Source of the DNA: Bacteroidota bacterium
GTDB taxonomy: Bacteria; Bacteroidota; Bacteroidia; Bacteroidales; FEN-979
Assembly: GCA_043810345.1 (NCBI GenBank)
Contig: JBDROF010000102.1
Span: forward strand, 22,118-86,117
Length of the DNA: 64,000 nucleotides
Direction of reading: 5' to 3'
The notes under the pieces were generated by a model. That model did not search any database. It was not told the origin of the DNA and was given only the letters and a program-made list of their open reading frames with translations. Shown piece by piece: positions 8,515 through 23,338 of this stretch (positions are counted from its first letter, which is position 1; every line of letters starts with the position of its first letter). Made by a program: the position numbers and the translations under genes.

Positions 8515-11500
8515 TTAATCCTCTTCTTTGGAAGCCAGGAGGGTCTCATACTCCTCCTTGCTGCCTACGATCAAATCTTCATATTCACGCAGTCCGGTAC
8601 CGGCAGGGATCAGGTGACCAACGATCACATTCTCCTTCAGGCCGGCCAGATCGTCCTGGCGGGCATTGATAGCGGCCTGCGTCAGCACCTTGGTGGTCTC
8701 CTGGAAGGAGGCCGCTGAGATCCAGCTCTTGGTCTGAAGCGATGCGCGGGTGATTCCCTGCAGTACCTGGCGCGCAGTAGCCGGTTTGGCATCCCGGGCT
8801 TCCACCAGTTTCATATCTTTTCGCTTCAGGTACGAATTGTCATCTCTCAGTTTTCTGGCACTGATGATTTGTCCCGACTTGAATGTTTGTGAATCGCCTG
8901 GGTCTTCCACCACCTTCTTTCCATAAATCCAGTCATTCTCATCCTGGAAGTCGATCTTATTGACCAGCTCCCCTTCAAGGAACCGGCTGTCGCCGGGATC
9001 TTCCACATCCACTTTCCGCATCATCTGACGGACGATGGTCTCAAAATGCTTGTCGTTGATCTTAACTCCCTGTAAACGATAAACCTCCTGGATCTCGTTC
9101 ACGATGTACTCCTGTACCTTCATCGGGCCTTTGATGGCCAGGATATCACTGGGAGTCAGGGCGCCATCGGAAAGCGGGGTTCCTGCCTTCACGTAATCGT
9201 TCTCCTGTGCGAGGATTTGTTTGGTAGTTGGAACCAGGTAGCGTTTCTGTTCCCCGGTTTTCGAAGTAATGATCACCTCACGGTTACCTCTCTTCAGTTT
9301 CTTGGCAAAGGATACTACCCCGTCAATCTCGGAAACGATCGCGGGATCCGAAGGGTTTCTGGCTTCGAAGAGCTCGGTCACACGTGGCAGACCACCGGTG
9401 ATATCACCAGCCTTTCCAACGGCTCTCGGAATCTTCACCAGCACGATACCGGCTTTGATCCTGGCATTGTTTTCCATCATGATATGTGCCCCCACGGGAA
9501 GGTCATACGTCTTGATGATCTCTCCTTTGGCATCCAGGATGTTTATCACCGGATTTCTCGCCTTCTGACGTGATTCGATGATCACCTTTTCGTTGTATCC
9601 GGTCTGATCGTCAGATTCAACCCGGTAGGTCACTCCTTCAAGGATATTCTCAAAGCTGATTTTTCCCGGAACTTCTGAAAGGATCAGGGCGTTGTAGGGA
9701 TCCCAGTCGCTGATCAGGTCATCCCTCTTAACCTCTGCGCCATTCTCGTAAAAGAGCCGGGCTCCATACGGAATGTGAGAAGAGGTAAGGGCGATGCGGG
9801 TCGTTTTATCTATGATCCGCATCTCAGCAGACCGGCCGATCACAATGTTATAGGATTCTCCGGTCGCGGGATTAAAGGGTAGTGCCCGGAGCTCATCAAT
9901 CTCCAGGATACCATCGTATTTAGCCTGGATCCGGGAAGCGCTGGTGATGTTCACTCCAGCCACTCCACCCACGTGAAATGTACGCAGGGTGAGCTGTGTC
10001 CCCGGTTCTCCGATCGACTGGGCAGCAATGACCCCTACAGCTTCTCCTTTCTCAACCAGGCGCCCGGTGGCCAGGTTCCGTCCGTAACATCTGGTACAAA
10101 CCCCCTTTTTCGATTCACAGGTCAGTACCGAACGGATCTCCACACTTTCAATCGGTGAGTCTTCAATGACCTGAGCTACCTCTTCCGTGATCTCCATCCC
10201 GGTACCAATAATATTTTCGCCTGTCTGCGGATGAAATATATCATGAAGGGTAACGCGGCCAAGGATCCGGTCATAGAGCGATTCTACCACCTCTTCCTGC
10301 TTCTTGAGCACCGTGATGGTCAAACCTCTCAGGGTACCGCAGTCTTCCTCAGAGATTATCACATCCTGGGCAACATCCACCAGGCGACGGGTCAGATATC
10401 CAGCGTCAGCCGTTTTCAATGCCGTGTCAGCCAGACCTTTACGTGCACCGTGGGTAGAGATAAAGTACTCCAGTACGGAGAGTCCTTCCTTGAAATTGGA
10501 GAGGATGGGGTTCTCGATGATCTCACCTCCGCCAGCGCCTGATTTCTGTGGTTTGGCCATCAGACCTCGCATTCCGCACAACTGACGGATCTGCTCCTTG
10601 GAACCACGTGCACCGGAATCGAGCATCATGTAAACCGGATTCAGCCCCTGTTTGTCGTTCGAAAGCTGGTTCATCAGGGTGATAGTCAGCTTGGAATTGG
10701 TATGTGTCCAGATGTCGATGATCTGGTTGTAACGTTCGTTGTTGGTGATGAAACCCATATTGTAGTTTCCTACTACTTCATCCACTTCGGTTATGGCATC
10801 TTCGATCAAACGCTCTTTGATCTCGGGGATAATCACATCATCGAGGTTGAACGAGAGACCACCCTGGAATGCCATGGTAAATCCAAGGTCTTTGATGTCG
10901 TCAAGGAACTTGGCTGTTTTGGCTGTTCCTGTCTTTTTCAGAATGGAGCCAATGATGTCACGCAGTGCCTTCTTTGTCAGCAACTGGTTGATATAACCAT
11001 ACGCTTCAGGTACTACCTGGTTTAAGAGGACTCTCCCAACCGTCGTCTCTATGATTTTAGTCACCGGCTGTTCGTTTTCGCGGGTGGTGATGCGTACATT
11101 GATCACGGCATGGAGATCAGCACGCTTCTCATTGTAAGCAATGATCACCTCTTCGGGGGAGTAAAATGTCATTCCCTCTCCCGGCACTTTATCATTTCCA
11201 GCGCTGGTGCGGGCCTTGGTCATATAATAGAGACCCAGAACCATATCCTGGGAGGGTACCGAAATCGGGGCTCCGTTGGCCGGATTGAGGATGTTGTGCG
11301 AAGCCAACATCAGCAACTGTGCTTCCAGGATGGCTGCGTTACCCAGAGGTATATGAACCGCCATCTGGTCACCGTCGAAGTCAGCGTTAAAAGCGGTACA
11401 CACGAGCGGGTGAAGCTGGATTGCTTTCCCCTCGATCAGTTTGGGCTGGAACGACTGGATCCCCAGACGGTGCAACGTAGGAGCACGGTTCAGTAACACA

Positions 11501-12801
11501 GGATGTCCTTTCAGGATGTTCTCAAGGATATCCCAAACAACCGGGTCTTTCCGGTCGACGATCTTCTTGGCCGATTTTACCGTTTTGACGATACCTCTTT
11601 CCAGCATCTTCCGGATGATGAATGGCTTGAAAAGCTCGGAAGCCATCTCTTTGGGCAAGCCACATTCGTTCAGCTTCAATTCGGGACCAACCACGATGAC
11701 CGAACGGCCTGAGTAGTCTACCCGTTTCCCAAGCAGGTTCTGACGGAACCGTCCCTGTTTTCCTTTCAAACTGTCGCTGAGGGATTTGAGAGCGCGGTTC
11801 GATTCGGTTTTCACAGCGCTGGCTTTACGGGAGTTATCCAGCAATGAATCCACGGCTTCCTGCAGCATCCGTTTTTCGTTACGGAGGATCACATCAGGAG
11901 CTTTGATCTCGATCAACCGCTTCAGACGATTATTCCGGATGATCACCCGGCGGTAGAGATCGTTCAGGTCAGAGGTGGCGAATCGTCCTCCATCCAGTGG
12001 TACCAGGGGCCGTAACTCGGGCGGGATCACAGGAACCACTTTTACGATCATCCATTCCGGACGGTTCTCCAGCCTTTTCTGCGCATCACGGAAGGCTTCA
12101 AATACCTGCAGCCGTTTAAGGGCTTCACTTTTTCGCTGTTGGGAAGTTTCGGTATTGGCTTTGTGTCGCAAATCAAACGACTCTTTATCGAGGTTAAGCC
12201 TTGCCAGCAAATCACAAAGTGCTTCGGCTCCCATCCTGGCAATGAACTTATTGGGATCAGCGTCATCCAGGTACTGATTCTCCTGAGGGATCTTGTCGAG
12301 GATGTCAAAATATTCCTCCTCAGAGAGAAAATCGAGGTAGTTGATCCCCTCCTCCCGGAGAATGCCCGGATTGATGACTACATATTTTTCGTAATAGATG
12401 ATTGACTCCAGTTTCTTCGTTGGCAATCCCAGCATCGAGCCTATTTTATTTGGCAGAGAGCGGAAAAACCAAATGTGGGCAACGGGCACCACCAACTGGA
12501 TATGTCCCATCCGTTCACGCCGGACCTTCTTCTCTGTGACCTCTACCCCGCACCGGTCGCAAACAATTCCTTTATACCTGATCCTCTTATACTTACCGCA
12601 ATGACATTCCCAATCTTTTACCGGTCCGAAGATCCGCTCGCAGAATAAACCATCACGCTCGGGTTTGTAGGTCCGGTAGTTGATGGTCTCGGGTTTCAGC
12701 ACCTCACCGCTCGACAGTTCCAGGATCTTCTCCGGGGATGCAAGGCTGATCGTGATACTTGAAAAACCGCTGGTGATTGGTCCGTCTTTTCTAAAAGCCA
12801 T
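8515..12801 (-). CDS. rpoC: DNA-directed RNA polymerase subunit beta'
   Basis: 1428-aa ORF with the zinc-binding N-terminus ([23 protein letters not shown]) and the catalytic [12 protein letters not shown] motif. Confidence 0.98.
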   Translation of the reverse strand: MAFRKDGPITSGFSSITISLASPEKILELSSGEVLKPETINYRTYKPERDGLFCERIFGPVKDWECHCGKYKRIRYKGIVCDRCGVEVTEKKVRRERMGHIQLVVPVAHIWFFRSLPNKIGSMLGLPTKKLESIIYYEKYVVINPGILREEGINYLDFLSEEEYFDILDKIPQENQYLDDADPNKFIARMGAEALCDLLARLNLDKESFDLRHKANTETSQQRKSEALKRLQVFEAFRDAQKRLENRPEWMIVKVVPVIPPELRPLVPLDGGRFATSDLNDLYRRVIIRNNRLKRLIEIKAPDVILRNEKRMLQEAVDSLLDNSRKASAVKTESNRALKSLSDSLKGKQGRFRQNLLGKRVDYSGRSVIVVGPELKLNECGLPKEMASELFKPFIIRKMLERGIVKTVKSAKKIVDRKDPVVWDILENILKGHPVLLNRAPTLHRLGIQSFQPKLIEGKAIQLHPLVCTAFNADFDGDQMAVHIPLGNAAILEAQLLMLASHNILNPANGAPISVPSQDMVLGLYYMTKARTSAGNDKVPGEGMTFYSPEEVIIAYNEKRADLHAVINVRITTRENEQPVTKIIETTVGRVLLNQVVPEAYGYINQLLTKKALRDIIGSILKKTGTAKTAKFLDDIKDLGFTMAFQGGLSFNLDDVIIPEIKERLIEDAITEVDEVVGNYNMGFITNNERYNQIIDIWTHTNSKLTITLMNQLSNDKQGLNPVYMMLDSGARGSKEQIRQLCGMRGLMAKPQKSGAGGGEIIENPILSNFKEGLSVLEYFISTHGARKGLADTALKTADAGYLTRRLVDVAQDVIISEEDCGTLRGLTITVLKKQEEVVESLYDRILGRVTLHDIFHPQTGENIIGTGMEITEEVAQVIEDSPIESVEIRSVLTCESKKGVCTRCYGRNLATGRLVEKGEAVGVIAAQSIGEPGTQLTLRTFHVGGVAGVNITSASRIQAKYDGILEIDELRALPFNPATGESYNIVIGRSAEMRIIDKTTRIALTSSHIPYGARLFYENGAEVKRDDLISDWDPYNALILSEVPGKISFENILEGVTYRVESDDQTGYNEKVIIESRQKARNPVINILDAKGEIIKTYDLPVGAHIMMENNARIKAGIVLVKIPRAVGKAGDITGGLPRVTELFEARNPSDPAIVSEIDGVVSFAKKLKRGNREVIITSKTGEQKRYLVPTTKQILAQENDYVKAGTPLSDGALTPSDILAIKGPMKVQEYIVNEIQEVYRLQGVKINDKHFETIVRQMMRKVDVEDPGDSRFLEGELVNKIDFQDENDWIYGKKVVEDPGDSQTFKSGQIISARKLRDDNSYLKRKDMKLVEARDAKPATARQVLQGITRASLQTKSWISAASFQETTKVLTQAAINARQDDLAGLKENVIVGHLIPAGTGLREYEDLIVGSKEEYETLLASKEED

Positions 12802-12851
12802 ATAATTGTTGATTGTCGATTTCTAAACTGTTTGTGAACTTACCTGATTTC

Positions 12852-16658
<3,807 letters not shown>

Positions 16659-16728
16659 GGTCTTTGGGGATTTGCGTCCCGTTCGGGCGGGACAGTTTAA
16701 GAAACAATTTAACTTTCAATATAAACAA

Positions 16729-16766
16729 GTTATAGACCTCCCCTAGTTAAAGGGAAAGTCTATAAC
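16729..16766 (-). terminator. hairpin in the rplL-rpoB spacer (candidate attenuator or partial terminator)
   Basis: The 9-bp arms GTTATAGAC (16729-16737) and GTCTATAAC (16758-16766) flank an internal CCC/GGG pairing. On the minus strand TTGTTTAT follows. The position matches the rplL-rpoB attenuator known in E. coli. Confidence 0.45.
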
Positions 16767-16790
16767 TAATTAGGAATGAGAAAGTATAGT

Positions 16791-17171
16791 CTACTTAATT
16801 TCAACCTCTGCACCTGCTTCCTTTAATTGGTTCATCAATGCCTGAGCTTCATCTTTGGTAACGCCTTCCTTGATCGCCTTTGGTGCCGAATCTACGAGTT
16901 CTTTGGCTTCTTTGAGGCCGAGACTGGTCAGTTCCTTCACCAGTTTGACCACAGCCAGTTTAGCTTGTCCCGGGTGCTTCAGTACCACGTCGAATGAGCT
17001 TTTTTCCTCTACCTCAGTACCTCCTTCAGCAACAGCCGCAGGAGCAGCAACGGCTACAGCAGCAGCTGCGGGTTCAATACCATATTCATCTTTCAGGATT
17101 GCTGCCAATTCATTGACCTCTTTTACGGTCAGGTTAACTAACTGTTCAGCAAAAGCTTTTAAGTCTGCCAT
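16791..17171 (-). CDS. rplL: 50S ribosomal protein L7/L12
   Basis: 126-aa ORF with an Ala-rich hinge and the C-terminal ...[41 protein letters not shown]. Confidence 0.97.
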   Translation of the reverse strand: MADLKAFAEQLVNLTVKEVNELAAILKDEYGIEPAAAAVAVAAPAAVAEGGTEVEEKSSFDVVLKHPGQAKLAVVKLVKELTSLGLKEAKELVDSAPKAIKEGVTKDEAQALMNQLKEAGAEVEIK

Positions 17172-17236
17172 TTCATTTGTTGTTTTGGTTTCCGGTCTAT
17201 CCGGACGGTTTATAATTCTTGTTGGTTGCTTAATGA

Positions 17237-17758
17237 TTATTCGGGTCGTTCAGATAGAGTCCTGACGATGCCCGAGAGATTTGTTCCGCCTGATTGCAAT
17301 GCCGAGATAACGTTTTTAGCAGGGGATTGCAAGAGGGCAATCAGATCTGCCACCAGTTCATTTTTCGATTTGATGTTTATCAGTGCGTTCAGCTGATCGT
17401 CTCCAAGGTACGCAGTCTCTTCCACCCAGGCTCCTTTGAGAATGGGTTTAGGAGACCTCTTCCGGAACTCCTTGATCAGTTTAGCAGGGTCGTTAGGGAC
17501 CTCTGAAAACATGATCGAAGTAGAGCCGGTAAGGATACTGTAAAAAGGTTCCAACTTCTTTCCGCTTTTCTCCATGGCTATTCTGAGAAGGGTATTCTTG
17601 ATCATCTGCAGCTCGACATTGCGTTTGAAACAAAGCCGTCGCAGATGGCCGGATGTCTCCACATTCAGATCAGAGATATCAGTAAGGTAGAAGATATTGG
17701 CCTCTTTCAGCTTCTCAACCATAGAATCGATGATCTGATTTTTTTCTTCTTTTTTCAT
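17237..17758 (-). CDS. rplJ: 50S ribosomal protein L10
   Basis: 173-aa ORF located between rplA and rplL, with an L10-like sequence. Confidence 0.93.
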   Translation of the reverse strand: MKKEEKNQIIDSMVEKLKEANIFYLTDISDLNVETSGHLRRLCFKRNVELQMIKNTLLRIAMEKSGKKLEPFYSILTGSTSIMFSEVPNDPAKLIKEFRKRSPKPILKGAWVEETAYLGDDQLNALINIKSKNELVADLIALLQSPAKNVISALQSGGTNLSGIVRTLSERPE

Positions 17759-17784
17759 GATTTATCGTTCAGATTACTGAAAAA

Positions 17785-18480
17785 TTAAACCGTAACAGAT
17801 TTGGGTTCCACCTGTACTCCCGGGCTCATCGTACTTGAGAGGTAAATACTTTTAACATAAGACCCTTTGGCGGAGGCAGGTTTCAATTTGACGACTGTCT
17901 GGATAAGCTCCCTGGCGTTCTCTTCAATTTTGTCGGGTTCAAACGAAACCTTCGCAATCGAAGCGTGGATGATACCAAATTTATCTACTTTGAAATCGAT
18001 CTTTCCGGCTTTCACATCCTGGACAGCTTTTCCCACCTCCATGGTCACAGTTCCGGTTTTCGGGTTGGGCATCAGTCCGCGGGGTCCCAGGATCTTTCCG
18101 AGGGCACCCACTTTGGCCATGACACTGGGCATGGTAATGACTACGTCAATATCTGTCCAGCCACCTTTGATCTTCGTAATGTATTCATCCAGCCCGACAT
18201 AGTCAGCACCGGCCGCCTGGGCCTCTTCTTCCTTGTCGGGGGTACACAACACCAGTACCCGGATAGTTTTCCCGGTTCCGTGCGGAAGCGTCACGGTACC
18301 ACGAACCATTTGGTTTGCCTTACGGGGATCTACACCCAGGCGGATGTCTATATCAACTGAGGAATCAAATTTCGTATCGGTAATGTCTTTCACAATCCCT
18401 ATTGCATCAGTCAGTGCGTAAACAGCTTCCCGGTTATATTTCTCAAAAGCCGCTTTCCTCTTCTTGGTCACTTTCGTCAT
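17785..18480 (-). CDS. rplA: 50S ribosomal protein L1
   Basis: 231-aa ORF with ...[17 protein letters not shown]... and ...[16 protein letters not shown]... L1 motifs. Confidence 0.96.
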   Translation of the reverse strand: MTKVTKKRKAAFEKYNREAVYALTDAIGIVKDITDTKFDSSVDIDIRLGVDPRKANQMVRGTVTLPHGTGKTIRVLVLCTPDKEEEAQAAGADYVGLDEYITKIKGGWTDIDVVITMPSVMAKVGALGKILGPRGLMPNPKTGTVTMEVGKAVQDVKAGKIDFKVDKFGIIHASIAKVSFEPDKIEENARELIQTVVKLKPASAKGSYVKSIYLSSTMSPGVQVEPKSVTV

Positions 18481-18491
18481 ATATTATAATA

Positions 18492-18980
18492 TTAATATTG
18501 TGATTCATGCAGAGTACAGACGCGATTAATCGCGTCTGTACAATTAAAAGGGGCCGTGCCTGATACGTTGATGCCCATGCTGCGCGCTGTTCCGGCTACC
18601 ATCTTCATGGCTGACTCTACGGTGAAAGCATTGAGATCGGGCATCTTATCTTCAGCGATCCGTTTTACCTGGTCCCAGGAGACCGATCCCACTTTAGCTC
18701 GGTTTGGCTCTGGTGAACCTTTCTGCAACTTCACGGCTTCCATAAGTTGTACCGCAACCGGTGGCGTCTTGATGATGAAATCGAACGACTTATCCCGGTA
18801 AACGGTGATGATAACAGGAATGATTTTTCCTCCTTTATCCTGGGTGCGGGCGTTAAACTGTTTACAGAACTCCATGATATTCACACCCTTGGCACCTAAA
18901 GCAGGGCCTACTGGTGGAGATGGATTAGCAGCGCCACCCTTGATCTGTAATTTAATTAATCCAGCTACTTCTTTTGCCAT
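18492..18980 (-). CDS. rplK: 50S ribosomal protein L11 with a C-terminal extension of about 16 aa
   Basis: The sequence [29 protein letters not shown]... is L11. The ORF is 162 aa versus 142 aa in E. coli. The extra tail ...[16 protein letters not shown] is encoded by the palindrome at 18514-18541. Confidence 0.93.
   Translation of the reverse strand: MAKEVAGLIKLQIKGGAANPSPPVGPALGAKGVNIMEFCKQFNARTQDKGGKIIPVIITVYRDKSFDFIIKTPPVAVQLMEAVKLQKGSPEPNRAKVGSVSWDQVKRIAEDKMPDLNAFTVESAMKMVAGTARSMGINVSGTAPFNCTDAINRVCTLHESQY
18514..18541. repeat. perfect 28-nt palindrome GTACAGACGCGATTAATCGCGTCTGTAC inside the 3' end of the rplK ORF
   Basis: The sequence is self-complementary when read directly. It lies 20 nt upstream of the rplK stop codon (18492-18494). 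Confidence 0.9.
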
Positions 18981-19051
18981 ATGTCATTTTTTATTGGTGA
19001 GACGCGGCAAGCCTCGTCTTTACTATTCCTGAGCCGCAATAATTTGCGGCT

Positions 19052-19594
19052 CTACTCTTTCTGAACCTGCATGAAGCCAAGTTCGAGCGGGGTTTTCCGT
19101 CCGAAGATTTTGACCATCACTTTCAGCTTTTTCTTCTCCTCGTTGATCTCTTCGATCACGCCGCTGAAGCTGTTGAAAGGGCCGTCTACCACCGTGACTG
19201 TCTCGCCCACGATATAAGGGATGTTGACCTCTTCACCCTGCTCCGACAGCTCGTCAAATTTTCCCAGCAGGCGTTTCACTTCAGAAGGCCTCAGCGGGTG
19301 GGCTTCCCCTTTTGCTCCAAGGAACCCGAGAACTCCGGGAACGTTTCGGATGATATGGGGAATTTCACCGACCAGGGTGGCTTCGATGAGCACGTATCCG
19401 GGAAAATAATTCCGCTCTTTGCTCACCTTTTTCCCTTTACGAATCATGTAAACCTTTTCAGTAGGTATCAGTACCTGTACGATGTAATCCTGAAGGTTGA
19501 GATTGGCAATCTCGCTTTCGAGGTATTGCTTCACCTTTTTTTCATTCCCACTGATGGCTCTGACAACGTACCATTTTTTATCCTGTTCACTCAT
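19052..19594 (-). CDS. nusG: transcription termination/antitermination factor NusG
   Basis: 180-aa ORF with the N-terminal [14 protein letters not shown] (NGN domain) and a C-terminal KOW region. It follows secE in the conserved order. Confidence 0.95.
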   Translation of the reverse strand: MSEQDKKWYVVRAISGNEKKVKQYLESEIANLNLQDYIVQVLIPTEKVYMIRKGKKVSKERNYFPGYVLIEATLVGEIPHIIRNVPGVLGFLGAKGEAHPLRPSEVKRLLGKFDELSEQGEEVNIPYIVGETVTVVDGPFNSFSGVIEEINEEKKKLKVMVKIFGRKTPLELGFMQVQKE

Positions 19595-19630
19595 GCCTTC
19601 GGTGCAATTGTATCGACGTGTAGAATATGG

Positions 19631-19828
19631 CTAGAAAAGTTTGTAGAACTGCATCAGGACATTGCGGAAGACTTCGTCCATTGCAAATACGACCAGGGCA
19701 ATGATGAGCGATGCCACAGATACCACGATGGCGCTGCTTTGCAACTCCTTCCAGCTAGGCCAGGAAGCTTTATGAACCAGCTCATCGTAGCACTCTTTGA
19801 CGTAGGTAACTAATTTAAACTTAGCCAT
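19631..19828 (-). CDS. secE: preprotein translocase subunit SecE
   Basis: 65-aa ORF with a single C-terminal TM segment, located between tRNA-Trp and nusG. Confidence 0.85.
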   Translation of the reverse strand: MAKFKLVTYVKECYDELVHKASWPSWKELQSSAIVVSVASLIIALVVFAMDEVFRNVLMQFYKLF

Positions 19829-19843
19829 TTATCTAAATATTTG

Positions 19844-19916
19844 CACGGGTGGTAGGAGTCGAACCCACAGCCTACGGTTTTGGAGACCGCCACTCTACCA
19901 ATTGAGCTACACCCGT
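19844..19916 (-). tRNA. tRNA-Trp (anticodon CCA)
   Basis: Hand-folded cloverleaf with acceptor ACGGGTG/CACCCGT, anticodon loop CTCCAAA and T-arm GTGGG-TTCGACT-CCTAC. It sits in the conserved tuf-tRNA(Trp)-secE position. Confidence 0.9.
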
Positions 19917-19946
19917 GTACAATTAATCTTTAATTCAACGAATTGA

Positions 19947-21134
19947 TCAGTCAAGGATCTCTGTAACCTGACCGGCACCAACGGTACGCCCACCTTCACG
20001 GATGGCGAAGCGCAGACCTTTGCTCATGGCGATCTCGGAGATCAGATGTACTTCAATACTCAGGTTATCACCAGGCATCACCATCTCAACCCCTTCGGGA
20101 AGGATAATCTCACCCGTTACGTCGGTGGTTCTGAAATAGAACTGAGGACGGTATTTGTTATGGAATGGCGTATGACGTCCCCCCTCTTCTTTTTTCAGGA
20201 TATAGACCTCAGCGTTGAATTTTTTGTGCGGGGTGATAGATCCAGGTTTTGCGATCACCATACCTCGACGGATCTCATCTTTATCGATCCCACGAAGAAG
20301 CAAACCTGCATTATCCCCGGCTTCTCCTCTGTCGAGGATCTTGCGGAACATTTCCACACCGGTTACAACTGATTTCAGCTTTTCCGCACCCATCCCGATG
20401 ATATCAACCGGATCTCCTGTAAGGATCACTCCTGTTTCAATTCTTCCGGTAGCAACAGTACCACGGCCGGTGATGGAAAAGACATCCTCAACAGGCATCA
20501 AAAAAGGTTTATCCACATCGCGGGTCGGAAGTTGAATGTACTCATCGACAGCCGACATCAGCTCTATTATTCTCTCTATCCACTGTGCCTCTTTATTTAG
20601 TCCCCCCAGTGCAGATCCACGGATGATCGGCGTCGTATCGCCATCAAAACCGTAGAACGTCAATAGTTCACGAATCTCCAGCTCAACGAGGTCAAGCAGC
20701 TCGGGGTCGTCAACCATATCGCATTTGTTCATGAATACCACCATCCGGGGAACACCAACCTGACGAGCCAGGAGGATGTGCTCGCGTGTTTGCGGCATGG
20801 GACCATCGGTAGCTGCCACCACCAGGATGGCGCCGTCCATCTGTGCAGCACCGGTAACCATGTTCTTGATATAGTCGGCGTGTCCGGGACAGTCGACGTG
20901 CGCATAGTGACGATTCTCCGTCTGGTACTCAATGTGCGCCGTATTGATCGTGATTCCTCTTTCCTTCTCTTCCGGAGCATTGTCGATAGAATCAAACGAC
21001 CGGAAAGTAGATAACCCTTTGTCTGCCAGAATCAGTGTAATAGCAGCTGTCAAAGTAGTTTTGCCATGGTCAATGTGCCCGATGGTTCCGACATTAACGT
21101 GCGGTTTTGAGCGTTCGAATTTTTCTTTTGCCAT
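19947..21134 (-). CDS. tuf: elongation factor Tu
   Basis: 395-aa ORF with the [18 protein letters not shown] and NKCD GTPase motifs. Confidence 0.98.
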   Translation of the reverse strand: MAKEKFERSKPHVNVGTIGHIDHGKTTLTAAITLILADKGLSTFRSFDSIDNAPEEKERGITINTAHIEYQTENRHYAHVDCPGHADYIKNMVTGAAQMDGAILVVAATDGPMPQTREHILLARQVGVPRMVVFMNKCDMVDDPELLDLVELEIRELLTFYGFDGDTTPIIRGSALGGLNKEAQWIERIIELMSAVDEYIQLPTRDVDKPFLMPVEDVFSITGRGTVATGRIETGVILTGDPVDIIGMGAEKLKSVVTGVEMFRKILDRGEAGDNAGLLLRGIDKDEIRRGMVIAKPGSITPHKKFNAEVYILKKEEGGRHTPFHNKYRPQFYFRTTDVTGEIILPEGVEMVMPGDNLSIEVHLISEIAMSKGLRFAIREGGRTVGAGQVTEILD

Positions 21135-21184
21135 TTTGAATTAAAGTTTAATTACGTAATTTAAGATTAATTGCATAATAACTG

Positions 21185-21256
21185 AGCCTTTGACGAGAAT
21201 TGAACTCGTGACCCCTTCCTTACCAAGGAAGTGCTCTACCCCTGAGCTACAAAGGC
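21185..21256 (-). tRNA. tRNA-Thr (anticodon GGT)
   Basis: Hand fold: acceptor GCCTTTG/CAAAGGC, anticodon stem CTTCC/GGAAG with loop TTGGTAA, and T-arm ACGAG-TTCAATT-CTCGT. Confidence 0.9.
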
Positions 21257-21322
21257 TTTTCTTTACTCCCGGATAAAAAACATCCAGGGTTGAGTGAGAG
21301 CCCCGTTTATGGCCCAGGTTAG

Positions 21323-21395
21323 AGCGGAAGACGGGGCTCGAACCCGCCACCTGAAGCTTGGAAGGCTTCCGCTCTACCAAATGAGCTACTTCCGC
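21323..21395 (-). tRNA. tRNA-Gly (anticodon TCC)
   Basis: Hand fold: acceptor GCGGAAG/CTTCCGC, anticodon stem GAAGC/GCTTC with loop CTTCCAA, and T-loop TTCGAGC. Confidence 0.9.
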
Positions 21396-21400
21396 AATCT

Positions 21401-21470
21401 AGGTAGCGAGGTAGTGAAAATGTGAGGTAGCGAAATTTCGCTATTTCACTATTTCGCTATTTCGCTACTT
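21401..21470. repeat. inverted octamer arrays (GGTAGYGA)n ... (TCRCTAYT)n around a 16-nt palindrome, in the tRNA-Gly/tRNA-Tyr spacer
   Basis: The sequence reads aGGTAGCGAGGTAGTGAaaatgtgaGGTAGCGAAATTTCGCTATTTCACTATTTCGCTATTTCGCTACT. The central TAGCGAAATTTCGCTA (21428-21443) is a perfect palindrome. Confidence 0.85.
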
Positions 21471-21476
21471 TAGTCG

Positions 21477-21558
21477 TGGGGAGAGGAGGATTCGAACCTC
21501 CGAAGGCTTAGCCAACAGATTTACAGTCTGCCCCATTTGACCGCTCTGGTATCTCCCC
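21477..21558 (-). tRNA. tRNA-Tyr (anticodon GTA), long variable arm
   Basis: Hand fold: acceptor GGGGAGA/TCTCCCC, anticodon loop CTGTAAA, an extra arm, and T-arm GGAGG-TTCGAAT-CCTCC. Length is 82 nt. Confidence 0.9.
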
Positions 21559-21562
21559 GGCG

Positions 21563-21635
21563 AGCCGATGGACGGACTCGAACCGCCGACCAGCTGATTA
21601 CAAATCAGCTGCTCTACCAGCTGAGCTACATCGGC
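21563..21635 (-). tRNA. tRNA-Thr (anticodon TGT)
   Basis: Hand fold: acceptor GCCGATG/CATCGGC, anticodon stem CTGAT/ATCAG with loop TTTGTAA, and T-loop TTCGAGT. Confidence 0.9.
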
Positions 21636-21743
21636 GTTTGATGCCCGCTCTCCATATATATAAAACAGTCCTTCATTAAAAAGGACTGCAAAAGTATAAA
21701 GAATTAGAAAATTATCAAAGAGTTTTCTGAAATTTAGCCATTA

Positions 21744-22043
21744 TTATTTGCCCCTTTGTTTCTCTTTGTGCTTCCTTAACTGTCGGCGCAAGACATCCGT
21801 CGCCCTGGAGGCTGCCTCTTCAAAAGTCTTAGCCTCCTTCACAGCAAACAGGTCATTCCCTTTGACCATCAATCTGATCTCTGCAATCTTATTTTTAGGA
21901 GAATCATTGTTATCCAGCTTCAGTTTTACCTCTGCACCAATAACACCATCGTAGACTGCTGGCAATTTAACCAGTCTTTCTTTGATGAAATCTTCCAGTT
22001 TTTTGTCGGCTTTAAAATGTACAGAGTTAATGATCAAATTCAT
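21744..22043 (-). CDS. hpf: ribosome hibernation/stationary-phase factor (HPF/RaiA family)
   Basis: 99-aa ORF with the N-terminal MNLIINSVHFKADKKLEDFI... typical of the short HPF of Bacteroidota. It sits in the conserved rpsU-xerC-hpf neighbourhood. Confidence 0.8.
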   Translation of the reverse strand: MNLIINSVHFKADKKLEDFIKERLVKLPAVYDGVIGAEVKLKLDNNDSPKNKIAEIRLMVKGNDLFAVKEAKTFEEAASRATDVLRRQLRKHKEKQRGK

Positions 22044-22058
22044 ATCACCTCCTTTTTT

Positions 22059-22979
22059 TCATGCTTTTGGATGAGCTTGTTGATATATCCGCTTTAACTT
22101 CTCTATCTCATTGTGTGTATAAACCTGCGTGGCTGCCAGACTGCTGTGTCCGAGCAACTCTTTTACAGCATTCAATTCCGCGCCATTATTTAGCAAATGG
22201 GTGGCAAAGGTGTGCCGGAGCACGTGAGGACTTCTTCTGGTAAGGGTTGAAACCTGAGCAAGGGCCTGGTTAACGATCCGGTACACCATCTTTGGATAGA
22301 TTTGCTTCCCTCCGTCAGTCAGAAAAAGCCAGGTTTGGCTGGGAAACAGGGACCGCTTCGTATCCAGATATTGCTTCAACAACCCTCCCATAGTTGAACC
22401 AAACGGGATAATCCGCTCTTTATTTCGTTTGCCGAGAACTTTCAAACTGGCTTGCTGAAGCTCCAGATCCTGTTCCTTCAGATTGATCAGTTCTGTCAGT
22501 CGTATGCCAGTAGCATAGAACATCTCCAGGATCAACCGGTTTCGAATGGCCGGATACCCCTTACCATAGTCGAGCTGATCAAACAGGAGATCTATCCGAT
22601 CCTGTTCTAAATAGACGGGGAGTCGTTTGCTGGTTTTAAGAGAGGTGATCCTGTTCATTGGATTGATCTCTACATCACCTGTTTTGATCAAATACCTGAA
22701 AAAGGATTTAAGAGTGGTCATCTTACGGTTCACACTCCGCTCACTGACTCCCTGCTCCATCAGGTAGACCAGCCACGAACGAATCATCGTATGATCTACC
22801 CCATCCATATCCCGGAGATCATAGTGGTAGTCCAAAAAATCGAAAAACTGGGATAGATCGTTATGATAGGCTGCAACCGTATGAGGCGAGTATCGCTTCT
22901 CAAACTTGATATATTCAATAAACTTCTCCTTCACCTCAGCCAAAAAAAAATAAGAAGAAACGTTGATGGGTTCTCCCAT
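22059..22979 (-). CDS. xerC: tyrosine site-specific recombinase XerC/XerD family
   Basis: 306-aa ORF with an N-terminal SAM-like core-binding region and the C-terminal catalytic ...HVLRHTFATHLL...LLGHSSLAATQVYTH motif. Confidence 0.85.
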   Translation of the reverse strand: MGEPINVSSYFFLAEVKEKFIEYIKFEKRYSPHTVAAYHNDLSQFFDFLDYHYDLRDMDGVDHTMIRSWLVYLMEQGVSERSVNRKMTTLKSFFRYLIKTGDVEINPMNRITSLKTSKRLPVYLEQDRIDLLFDQLDYGKGYPAIRNRLILEMFYATGIRLTELINLKEQDLELQQASLKVLGKRNKERIIPFGSTMGGLLKQYLDTKRSLFPSQTWLFLTDGGKQIYPKMVYRIVNQALAQVSTLTRRSPHVLRHTFATHLLNNGAELNAVKELLGHSSLAATQVYTHNEIEKLKRIYQQAHPKA

Positions 22980-23041
22980 TCACCGGATAAATATACAAAT
23001 TAATTTACCCGGGTCAAAATTTCTTCTTACAAAATCGCTTT

Positions 23042-23233
23042 TTAACTTTGTTCCTGCTGAAGCTTCTGGATAAAAACAGCTTTCTGAACTGTTTCCCTAC
23101 GCTTAATAGATGGCTTTGTGAACTTCTGACGGTCCCTCACCTCTCTAACGACGCCCGTTTTTTCAAATTTACGTTTCAGTTTCTTCAGCGCCCGGTCGAT
23201 GTTTTCGCCTTCTTTTACAGGTACGATAATCAT
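23042..23233 (-). CDS. rpsU: 30S ribosomal protein S21
   Basis: 63-aa basic ORF reading MIIVPVKEGENIDRALKKLKRKFEKTGV.... Confidence 0.93.
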   Translation of the reverse strand: MIIVPVKEGENIDRALKKLKRKFEKTGVVREVRDRQKFTKPSIKRRETVQKAVFIQKLQQEQS

Positions 23234-23289
23234 TCGTTTACGCTCTCTTTCTTGTTTGAATTGACAAATTATTCTCTTAAAAAGAGCTG

Positions 23290-23297
23290 CAAAGTTA
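23290..23297 (-). promoter_or_regulatory. candidate Bacteroidota -7 promoter box (TAACTTTG on the minus strand) upstream of rpsU
   Basis: It matches the TAnnTTTG consensus reported for Bacteroides sigma-A-type promoters and lies 57 nt upstream of the rpsU ATG. A single-motif match only. Confidence 0.25.
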
Positions 23298-23310
23298 CCA
23301 AGTTTAATTC

Positions 23311-23335
23311 TGAATTCAAAATGCTGAATTCAAAA
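23311..23335. repeat. TGAATTCAAAA repeated twice with 14-nt spacing
   Basis: The sequence reads TGAATTCAAAAtgcTGAATTCAAAA. It contains the GAATTC word shared with the arrays at 45891 and 50655. Confidence 0.8.
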
Positions 23336-23338
23336 TAA

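Noticed and set aside
18990-19052. Two hairpins in the nusG-rplK spacer (GAGCCGCAA/TTGCGGCTC abutting the nusG stop; AGACGCGG/CCTCGTCT) as an L1/L11 autoregulatory leader or terminator
   Set aside because: The stems are real, but no T-run follows either one. I also cannot match them to the L1-binding consensus from memory, so they are left unannotated.
21141-21380. 79-aa minus-strand ORF
   Set aside because: It is entirely made of tRNA-Thr and tRNA-Gly sequence and their spacer, so it is not a protein gene.
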